In this document: positions 8,934 to 16,763 of the stretch, one piece after another | Position numbering within the stretch: position 1 is the first letter of the stretch | How the letters are laid out: each line of letters opens with the position of its first letter | Source of the DNA: Promethearchaeota archaeon | Lineage (GTDB): Archaea; Asgardarchaeota; Hermodarchaeia; Hermodarchaeales; Hermodarchaeaceae | Assembly (NCBI GenBank): GCA_048938385.1 | Contig: JBHLMG010000007.1 | Span: 1 to 64,000, forward strand | DNA length: 64,000 nt | Direction of reading: 5' to 3' | Translations under genes and position numbers: made by a program | Notes under the pieces: model-generated | What the model was told of the DNA's origin: nothing | The model's input: only the letters and a program-made list of their open reading frames with translations | Databases searched by the model: none

Positions 8934-10841
8934 TCAGTTCATTAGCTGACTGCGAATAGCGGCGAGAAGGAGGTCATTAACCAGTTTTCCATCTGCTCGT
9001 CCACGAACTTCCTTCATAACCAGCCCCATTAAAGGTCCCATAGCTCGTTCCTTTCGTTCTTTGATTATCGCAGTGTTTTTCGCTACGACGCGTTCTACTA
9101 TTTCTTTCAATTCAGTTTCTGAGATGGTTGTTAACCCAAGCTCTTGTAAGCCATCATCGGTAGTCGAAGTGGGATGCTGTGCGAGCCATGAAAGCAAATC
9201 CTCGATGGCTTCTTTCGCAAAACGGTTTTCAGCGAGTCGGTCAAAAAGAAGGATCACTTGTTCTTCAGGGATATCATCTACTGCTAAACCTTCACGCTCC
9301 AAGTTTGTCCAAAGTGTTTCAAGCGTAGCAGCTAAGGTCACTGCTAGTTCGGGGTGTTTTTGTGCGATGACTTCGAAGAGATCGATGCGAAGGGAACGAA
9401 TCATGATTTGAGCGAGTTCTGCACTTAGATGAAACTGCGTGCGGAATTGTTCTAATTTCTTTTCAGGAAGTTCAGGAAGCGCATTCTTGATTCGATTTAG
9501 TCGTTCTGAGTCGATAGCGACGGGGGCAACATCGGTCTCGGGATACATCCGTGCTGCACCCGGACGGGGACGCATATAGCGAGTCGTACCTTCTTCTAAG
9601 GGGCCACGGGTCTCTTCTGGTACGCCGTTCAAGACATCGCGTGCTCGTTGAGCTACGGCTTCCAGGGCTTCGGTAGCGTCTTGTTTAATAGCAGCCACAA
9701 GAATGATGGCGTCTGCTGGTTTTGATTTCAAATGTGTTCGGAGGCGTTTTAGATCCTCAGCAGTAATGCCATATTTAGGAAGTTCATCTGAGTGGAAGAT
9801 ACCTTGAACATTGCCCCAAAACTGGGCATAGTCTGCGAACTCGCTGCCTAATCGTCGATTCGGTTGCAATTCCCGCCCTACAAAGCCAGCAAACCCAGGA
9901 AGCAAAAGGGCGAACACGCCCTCTTTGCGCTTGAGCGCTGCCTTAATTACCTTACTATCAGATTGTTGAAACAGCGATGTCACATCGTGAAGAGTATTTT
10001 TAATTGCGTTAGCTTGGATGCCCTTTTCTTTGAGTTCTTTGCGGATGTTTAAGAGCTCTACTTGTCTTTGTACTTCGTATTTGACAACCTGTTTAATGAG
10101 ATTGAGTTTCTGGACGCCTTTGATTTCAATGATGGCACCATCTTTGATTGAGACATTGATGTCTTGACGTATGGTTCCTAAACCTCGTTTCACCTTCTTG
10201 GTGACACGGAAGATTTGTCCAATACGGAGGGCGGTGGCTTGAGCTTGTTCGGGAGTTTTCATTACCGGCGCTGTTGCAACCTCAATCAAGGGAATGCCAA
10301 GTCGGTCTATACGCCAGTATGTCTTATTGCCCTCCTCTCTGATTTTTCGCGCAGCATCTTCTTCAATACCGATGGTTTGTATGGGCACAGTTAATTCATC
10401 GACTTTGATAGTTCCTCCAAATGCTACTACAACACTGCGTTGGAATCCAGTCGTGTTGCTACCATCAATGACGAGTTTTCGCATAATTTGGATTTCATCA
10501 ACGGGCTCCGCGTTCATGAGGAGAGCGATTTCGAGTGCAAAATCCACCGCTTCACCATCTAAGAGGTGCGGTGGTTCTTCATCGTGTTCTACTAGGCAGA
10601 TACTATCATCATAAGTTTCATATACATGGAGTCGCTCTTTTTGGAATTCAAAGAGGGCAGCGGGATCTACTTCACCAAGCTCGCTTTGAGTGGGGCGTAA
10701 TCGTCGAATGAATGTGGAGTGAGGTTCATCTTCACGAATCTCTGTTGGGCAGTTACAGAATAATTTGGTTTGAGTATCGAGTTGCTGATGTACTTCGATG
10801 CCTATTAGGGCACCCACTTTTTCGTAGTCGATTTTTGGCAT
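8934..10841 (-). CDS. gatE: Glu-tRNA(Gln) amidotransferase subunit E
   Basis: GIEVHQQL, DGSNTTGFQR, RGLGTIRQD, RPRPGAARMYPETD. Confidence 0.98.
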   Translation of the reverse strand: MPKIDYEKVGALIGIEVHQQLDTQTKLFCNCPTEIREDEPHSTFIRRLRPTQSELGEVDPAALFEFQKERLHVYETYDDSICLVEHDEEPPHLLDGEAVDFALEIALLMNAEPVDEIQIMRKLVIDGSNTTGFQRSVVVAFGGTIKVDELTVPIQTIGIEEDAARKIREEGNKTYWRIDRLGIPLIEVATAPVMKTPEQAQATALRIGQIFRVTKKVKRGLGTIRQDINVSIKDGAIIEIKGVQKLNLIKQVVKYEVQRQVELLNIRKELKEKGIQANAIKNTLHDVTSLFQQSDSKVIKAALKRKEGVFALLLPGFAGFVGRELQPNRRLGSEFADYAQFWGNVQGIFHSDELPKYGITAEDLKRLRTHLKSKPADAIILVAAIKQDATEALEAVAQRARDVLNGVPEETRGPLEEGTTRYMRPRPGAARMYPETDVAPVAIDSERLNRIKNALPELPEKKLEQFRTQFHLSAELAQIMIRSLRIDLFEVIAQKHPELAVTLAATLETLWTNLEREGLAVDDIPEEQVILLFDRLAENRFAKEAIEDLLSWLAQHPTSTTDDGLQELGLTTISETELKEIVERVVAKNTAIIKERKERAMGPLMGLVMKEVRGRADGKLVNDLLLAAIRSQLMN

Positions 10842-10843
10842 TT

Positions 10844-12193
10844 CTAGCTCAGCTCTTCGAACTGGCTACGTTTCGTACATAAAGAAATTTCACCAGCAAT
10901 GTTCGCTAGCATACGGCTTCGGATTTCTTGCGGATTTTTAGTTTGAGCAAGCACCCACATTAGTTTCACATAGGCTGTTTCCGGAATCATGTCCTCTGCG
11001 GCAATGACTCCGCGTTGTACGAGTTCAACACCGGTGCGATATACCCTCATCTGCACGCGTCCCCAGATGCATTGAGATGTCATGACTATTGGTATTTTTT
11101 CTTCACGCGCACGTTCTACTGCTGAGAAGACGGTTTCAGGTGCATGACCCAGCCCAGTACCTTCTAGGACGATTCCATGATATCCACGGTCAATGAGAGC
11201 ATCAATAGGGTCAGCGGTCATCCCAGGAGCGGTCTTCACCAAGCCCACTTTCGAATCGAACTTGGGCTGTAAGCGTAATTGACGCCTTTTATCTCGGTGT
11301 CGAAACGCTGTATCTTCTACGAGCATGTAGACTTCCCCATTTTTTACCTCTCCAAGGAGATCAGCGTTAATTGTCTTGAAGGCGTCTCGACGACTGGTGT
11401 GAGTTTTTCTCACTTGTGTTCCCAGATGGAGGGCAATGCTTGTATCGTTGATGGTTCGATGCATCGCTACCACTACCTCGGCAAAAGGCCCTTTTATTGC
11501 CGCAATCACGGCGCCAGTTAGATTCAATGCCGCATCTGAGGACGGTCGATCGGAGGAACGCTGAGAGCCTGTGAATACCACGGGGCCAGGCAAGTCTTGA
11601 AGGGCAAAACTCAATGCTGCCGCAGTATACCCCATGGTATCCGTTCCATGAGCGATTACAACTCCTTCAGCTTCTTCAAGGTGTTTTGCTGTTTCCTTCG
11701 CAATTTTCGTCCAGTGATTGGGCTGAAGATTCTCGCTAAATACGCTGAAGAGTACTTCTGCACGAATATTCGCAAGGTCACCGAGTTCTGGAACCACGGT
11801 ATACAAATCATCTGCAGAGAGTGCAGGATTGACAGCACCTGTATGATAATCTACTCGGCTAGCAATAGTACCACCGGTACTAAGAATACTTACCCAAGGA
11901 AGGCCTTTCTTCGTTTTGCGTGATACAGGCGGGAGTTCCGGTTCAGTAGGCCTCCCTTCGGCTAGATGGACTACTTTCTGTATCTTGTCAACTTGAATCC
12001 CCACATTATAACCAGAATCCAGTTTGAGGATAATGTGTTGATCGTCTGCACCAATTTCAGCTCGAGGGATCACAATACCCTCGTAGGTGGTTTTTGCCGT
12101 CTTAATTTCAATTCGATCACCTACGGAAATCCTAGCTTTCCGGAGAATCTTATCAGCTTCTCCCAAGTATCCAGTTGGTTCTTCAGTTGGCAT
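10844..12193 (-). CDS. gatD: Glu-tRNA(Gln) amidotransferase subunit D
   Basis: LKLDSGYNVG, TGGTIASRVDY, HGTDTM, GSQRSSDRPSSD. Start moved to MPTEEP. Confidence 0.98.
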   Translation of the reverse strand: MPTEEPTGYLGEADKILRKARISVGDRIEIKTAKTTYEGIVIPRAEIGADDQHIILKLDSGYNVGIQVDKIQKVVHLAEGRPTEPELPPVSRKTKKGLPWVSILSTGGTIASRVDYHTGAVNPALSADDLYTVVPELGDLANIRAEVLFSVFSENLQPNHWTKIAKETAKHLEEAEGVVIAHGTDTMGYTAAALSFALQDLPGPVVFTGSQRSSDRPSSDAALNLTGAVIAAIKGPFAEVVVAMHRTINDTSIALHLGTQVRKTHTSRRDAFKTINADLLGEVKNGEVYMLVEDTAFRHRDKRRQLRLQPKFDSKVGLVKTAPGMTADPIDALIDRGYHGIVLEGTGLGHAPETVFSAVERAREEKIPIVMTSQCIWGRVQMRVYRTGVELVQRGVIAAEDMIPETAYVKLMWVLAQTKNPQEIRSRMLANIAGEISLCTKRSQFEELS

Positions 12194-12254
12194 ATCCAAT
12201 GACCGTCCCAAGGATGTTGTGTTCTCTTCGCTTTTAGGACTTTGCCTGTTTTTC

Positions 12255-13649
12255 CTAGAAGATTCGGTATCGGAACCGGTAAAGGAGAAGAATGACCACC
12301 ACAATTATGATGAAGCCTACTCCGACTTGGATTAGTGTAAGTTCGCTTGGGAGTAAGCCATTCCCTATTGTTATAGAAAACGCGGAAGTCTGGACATTGT
12401 ACTGATCGTAGAAAATATCTATTCCAACCACTGAAGCTTCTGGATACTCGTATACTCCTGCTGTGATTGCCATAACTGTGTATTCGATGGTTACATTCTC
12501 TCCTGGCTTAAGCGTTTCCACTTGGAGAGAGATGCTTCCTCCGATTAGTTGGAACATGCCTTCTTCGATAGATTGTACATCTTGGATGTGAATCTGATCG
12601 AAGGGCACATCTCCCGTGTTACTTACGGTGATTTCGACAGAGACCTGTTCACCACGTACAAGGGCTGAAATGGTTGGGCTTTTCACAGAGTTTTGGATGA
12701 ATGATCGCGCTATTGCTAGGGTTGAGATGGGTTCACGGAACCAGATGGTGTAATTGAAGTTTTGCTGGACTGAAGTGAAATCATAGATCTCGACGCCGAT
12801 GGGAAACCAGGGGAAGATTCCATTATTTAGGACTTCAGCAGGAGTTCCATTAACGATCATTCTATTGTATGGTCCACTAAGGGTAAGTCTGCCTGGTCCT
12901 GAGAGGTTGAGTGGAAGAGTCAAACCCAAGGCTCTTCCGAGGCTGAAAATGTAGGTGTCTCCAGTCTGTAGGGTGGCATTATCTATTAAGTAGGAGAAGG
13001 TCACTGTGGAGTTGTCTTCATTCCATTCAAGATAGATCCGATATTCCAGAAAGTTCGACGCGATACCAGAAGCGTTGAACCCATCCATGAGGTACTCTGT
13101 GGCATTATTCACAAGATAGAAGGTAGTGTTAAGGAATTCTTCATGCGATGCAATGGCATCATTAAACACCCACAGAGTAGTATTTTCATATTCGGTGAAA
13201 TTATAGCTCGCTAAGCTGGGCCAGCTAGTACAGCGAACATAGTTGTCCATGGTATAGTTAAGGAAGTTTTGAATTTCAAGAGCAGTGACATCGTCATCCC
13301 AGGGCATCGCAGTGATAGTGACATTTCCTGGGTTTCCTTCCCACACGCCGCCTTCAATGGATCCATTTGCTGTCCAGGCATAAAGTGGATTAAAGGGAGA
13401 TTGAGCTCCCGTTCGTGGCATTCCATACCATGAAATCGATGCTGTGTCATTGAAGTGATAAGATGCGTCTAGCTTTACTGAAATCCAATCAGGTAGATCT
13501 TGAGGTGCCGGTGGCGTTTGGGTATTGATAGTTGGAGAAAGTTTAGTCGATCCATCATTGAACGTCGCGATTGACGATGTCAAGACGGGATTTAAGATTA
13601 GAAATCCAAGTAGGATAAGGATTGGGATGAGTTTTGTTTTAGCTTTCAC
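12255..13649 (-). CDS. Secreted, C-terminally anchored glycoprotein with a TRAP-beta/BatD-like Ig domain
   Basis: Signal peptide, many N-x-S/T sequons, Ig domain V.ITVSNTG...D....F.LIGG..., C-terminal TM with basic tail. Confidence 0.7.
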   Translation of the reverse strand: MKAKTKLIPILILLGFLILNPVLTSSIATFNDGSTKLSPTINTQTPPAPQDLPDWISVKLDASYHFNDTASISWYGMPRTGAQSPFNPLYAWTANGSIEGGVWEGNPGNVTITAMPWDDDVTALEIQNFLNYTMDNYVRCTSWPSLASYNFTEYENTTLWVFNDAIASHEEFLNTTFYLVNNATEYLMDGFNASGIASNFLEYRIYLEWNEDNSTVTFSYLIDNATLQTGDTYIFSLGRALGLTLPLNLSGPGRLTLSGPYNRMIVNGTPAEVLNNGIFPWFPIGVEIYDFTSVQQNFNYTIWFREPISTLAIARSFIQNSVKSPTISALVRGEQVSVEITVSNTGDVPFDQIHIQDVQSIEEGMFQLIGGSISLQVETLKPGENVTIEYTVMAITAGVYEYPEASVVGIDIFYDQYNVQTSAFSITIGNGLLPSELTLIQVGVGFIIIVVVILLLYRFRYRIF

Positions 13650-13771
13650 AATTGTCCACCATCACTGGGAAATGTTGTATTAGAGAGTGAATCCGAATGT
13701 TCTAAGGTTTTTAAAAGATTTTCTGGTAAGAGCATTCTTAATAGACTCTCATCAACTAAACTTGTTTCATA

Positions 13772-14656
13772 ATGATTTCTGTTTATCCTTTACAGGGTAT
13801 CAGTGGGCTTTCTTCCTCCATCTTAGTCAACTGGGAAGGTACCCGCTTCCTTTTAGACGCCGGTCCTGGAGCAGTCACAGAAATCTGGCGTCGTGGAATA
13901 CGATTACGTGGGCTTTCTGCTATTTTCATCAGTCATGCACATCTAGACCATCTTTGGGGGCTTCCACCTCTGTTATGGTTTTTACATCAACATGAGTGGT
14001 CTCACGAATTAGCGTTATACTTTCCTCATGAAGCTGAATCTGTTGTGAAACAGATGGTAGAACTCAGTGGTGCTCCTCCCTTTGTAATATTCAACCCCTG
14101 CTCACTGGATGGTGTTCCTTTTCACTTCAATTCTTTAACTGTTCAGGCCTTTGGCGTGAGTCATCCAGGACCTAGTTATGGATTTACTATCGCTGAACAA
14201 CCCAAAGTTCGTTTGGATACTGTAAAACTAAAACAAGATGGTATTCCGGTTACACAATGGGCTGCGATCGCAAAAGGTAAGCGAATTAAATACAAATCAG
14301 GGAACATTGATCCTAAGGAGTATCAGCTGAAACCTCGGTGCCGGAAAATCGTGTTTACTGGTGACGCAGGTCCTGCCACACAACTCCTTAAACAAGCTCA
14401 AGGTGCGGACCTCCTCATCATTGAAGCAACATGGCTCCACCCACAATGGGGTCTCGAGGATGATGCACCTCATCTTACTCTACGACAAGCCTTTGAGATA
14501 GGACAGCGGGGTGAAGTGGCGCGAATGCTCTTGTTTCATCTGACGAGTCGAGTCTCATTTGACGATTACAGACAGGCTATTACAGTACTACAAGAAGAAT
14601 TCAACAGTGAAATTCCAGTTTTTTTACCGACGGATGAAAAAATCGAGATTCCGTAA
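13772..14656 (+). CDS. rnz: Ribonuclease Z-like metallo-beta-lactamase
   Basis: SHAHLDH..GL, exosite-like insertion, FTGD, EAT and HLT motifs. Confidence 0.8.
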   Translation: MISVYPLQGISGLSSSILVNWEGTRFLLDAGPGAVTEIWRRGIRLRGLSAIFISHAHLDHLWGLPPLLWFLHQHEWSHELALYFPHEAESVVKQMVELSGAPPFVIFNPCSLDGVPFHFNSLTVQAFGVSHPGPSYGFTIAEQPKVRLDTVKLKQDGIPVTQWAAIAKGKRIKYKSGNIDPKEYQLKPRCRKIVFTGDAGPATQLLKQAQGADLLIIEATWLHPQWGLEDDAPHLTLRQAFEIGQRGEVARMLLFHLTSRVSFDDYRQAITVLQEEFNSEIPVFLPTDEKIEIP

Positions 14657-14666
14657 CCAGTTGCGT

Positions 14667-14882
14667 CTAACCACCCGCGATAACCGGGAGTACAATAACG
14701 GATTGTCCTTCTTTGATCTCTTCGCTAAATTCGGCCCGTTTTCCGTCAACTAAGACAACAAAATGCCGATGCAGTAATCCTAATTCTTTCAGGAGTTCAC
14801 GAACAGTCTTAGTTTTAGCTAACCGAATTTCCGCAAAGCCGCCGTTTTGAGTTATTTCCATTAACTCCGTTTCAACATCCAT
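14667..14882 (-). CDS. Ubiquitin-like sulfur carrier (SAMP/MoaD/ThiS)
   Basis: 71 aa ending in PVIAGG. Confidence 0.85.
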   Translation of the reverse strand: MDVETELMEITQNGGFAEIRLAKTKTVRELLKELGLLHRHFVVLVDGKRAEFSEEIKEGQSVIVLPVIAGG

Positions 14883-14989
14883 GATGCTGCACCCGTAATG
14901 CTATCACCACACAAAGTACAGATAAAAATATATCCGGCTCTCCCTGTCTATTCCAGTAGGAATACGGATTCCTTATACAAGTTCAAATC

Positions 14990-15066
14990 GGGCCCGTGGC
15001 CAAGTTGGATAAGGCACCGGCCCTCTAAGCCGGTAATCGTGGGTTCAAATCCCACCGGGCCCGCCA
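14990..15066 (+). tRNA. tRNA-Arg (anticodon TCT), CCA encoded, no intron
   Basis: Acceptor stem GGGCCCG/CGGGCCC, anticodon stem CCGGC/GCCGG with loop CCTCTAA, T-loop TTCAAAT, discriminator G. Confidence 0.92.
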
Positions 15067-15094
15067 AAACCATCAGTGCTTTTGAGGGAAAACC

Positions 15095-15604
15095 GTGAAA
15101 GAAAAAGAAATTCAAACAATCCTCGCACGGCGTAGTATTCGCCAATATACGGATGAGCCAGTGAGTGAAGATGATATTATGGCTCTGCTTCAAGCGGCTA
15201 TGGCTGCTCCCTCCGGCTCAAACCTAAAACCTTGGCATTTCGTCACAATTACAGAGCGAACAAAGCTCAATGCTCTTGCAGAGGTTAAAACAGCAGCGAA
15301 TATGCTCAAAAAAGCATCCTTATGTATCACAGTGTGTGGCGATGAAAATGCGTCGGAGAGCTATTGGGTGCAAGACTGCTCTGCAGCTACTGAGAACATT
15401 CTCATTGCCGCAAGTGCCTTGGGTCTTGGGGCGGTGTGGATTGGAATTTATCCTCTTGAAAATCGTGTGAACCCAGTCAAGGAAATATTAGAACTCCCTG
15501 ATGCGATAATTCCGTTATGTCTGATCGCAATTGGTCATCCTGCAGAAGAAAAAGAACCGCGAACACAATATGATGCGTCTCGAGTTCATCGAGAACAATG
15601 GTAG
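15095..15604 (+). CDS. Nitroreductase family protein
   Basis: RRSIRQY, APSGSN..PW.F, LGLGAVW. Confidence 0.92.
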   Translation: MKEKEIQTILARRSIRQYTDEPVSEDDIMALLQAAMAAPSGSNLKPWHFVTITERTKLNALAEVKTAANMLKKASLCITVCGDENASESYWVQDCSAATENILIAASALGLGAVWIGIYPLENRVNPVKEILELPDAIIPLCLIAIGHPAEEKEPRTQYDASRVHREQW

Positions 15605-15610
15605 AGTTAA

Positions 15611-16204
15611 ATGCCCAATGATAGTTCGAGCACCCTTCCTCCCATTCGCTTACGATATTTTGTACCATATCTCCTCATTTTTGTTCTTGTGCCAATTGTT
15701 ACTTTCATGGTAGGCAGATACATCGACCGCTTTTTTTGGCTTCCACGCGTTCCCCCTTTTCCCATCAACCTCATCAGTGGGCTTTGCATTATGTTTTGTG
15801 GAGCCGCCATTGGGGTAAAAGCAACACGCCAATTACGCAAGGCTGGAAAAGGTCTTCCCTGGGGAGCGTTTGAGAAGAAAGCTCAATCCAGCATCCTCAT
15901 CACCACTGGTATATACGCACATTGTCGCAACCCAATCACATTTGGATATACGCTCTTGCCTCTTGGAATGGGGCTTCTCTTTCAATCGCTAGGAATGGCA
16001 ATTCCTTTTCCTTTGATTATTTTAGTGATTATGGTAATTCGGATTAAACTTGTAGAGGAACCGCATTTGGAAGAACGCTTTGGCGAACAGTACCGTGAGT
16101 ATAAACGCAAAACTCCTTTTATGGTACCTCGAGTGGTACCTTTGTTGATGGGTCTATTTACCCGGCACCGAAAAAGCCCCAAGAAAAACAAAGCAGTTAC
16201 TTAA
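15611..16204 (+). CDS. Isoprenylcysteine carboxyl methyltransferase / PEMT family membrane protein
   Basis: GIYAHCRNP and EE..L..RFG..Y..YK..TP motifs. Confidence 0.85.
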   Translation: MPNDSSSTLPPIRLRYFVPYLLIFVLVPIVTFMVGRYIDRFFWLPRVPPFPINLISGLCIMFCGAAIGVKATRQLRKAGKGLPWGAFEKKAQSSILITTGIYAHCRNPITFGYTLLPLGMGLLFQSLGMAIPFPLIILVIMVIRIKLVEEPHLEERFGEQYREYKRKTPFMVPRVVPLLMGLFTRHRKSPKKNKAVT

Positions 16205-16733
16205 TGAATGTATCTCGATACCTATGAATGGCGTTTCGAATTAGCGCTTCTGCTGTAGTGGAATCCTGCCATTCTTTCACTTTAACCCATTTGCATGGTT
16301 CGAGGTTCTTATAATTTAAGAAAAAGTCCGCGATTTCTGCTCGAAGATGTTGTGCCATCATCGAGCAATCAGAGAGCTCATCGAAACGAGGATCACTGAC
16401 AGGGACAGCAATGATTTTATCATCCTCGCCTTTTTCATCTTCCATGGTTAACACACCTATAGGTCGGGCTTCCATTATACAGCCAGTAAATGTGGGTTTT
16501 GATGTTAAGACCATGATGTCTAAAGGGTCGTCATCTGTGTACCAAGTTTGTGGGATGATTCCGTAATCAGCTGGATAGTATAAGGCTCCATATAGAACAC
16601 GGTCGAGTCGAAAAACGCCCAACTCATGATCGTATTCATATTTGTTTGTCTCCCCCTTTGGGACTTCTACAATCACATGGACGCGTTTCGGTGGATTTGG
16701 GCCTGGTGGTAAGTCACGCCATAGGTTCGTCAT
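16197..16733 (-). CDS. ppa: Inorganic pyrophosphatase, family I
   Basis: NKYEYD, YPADYG, DDDPLD, DDKII. Confidence 0.97.
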   Translation of the reverse strand: MTNLWRDLPPGPNPPKRVHVIVEVPKGETNKYEYDHELGVFRLDRVLYGALYYPADYGIIPQTWYTDDDPLDIMVLTSKPTFTGCIMEARPIGVLTMEDEKGEDDKIIAVPVSDPRFDELSDCSMMAQHLRAEIADFFLNYKNLEPCKWVKVKEWQDSTTAEALIRNAIHRYRDTFIK

Positions 16734-16763
16734 TTTGGATGCACATCTTTCTGTTAACGGAGT

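Noticed and set aside
14990-15066. tRNA as an amber/pyrrolysine suppressor (CTA in the loop)
   Set aside because: The stem register centres TCT. A CTA-centred loop breaks the stem, and the body has normal Arg features.
14898-15193. Short ORFs overlapping the tRNA
   Set aside because: Typical tRNA shadow translations (GPVGFEPT).
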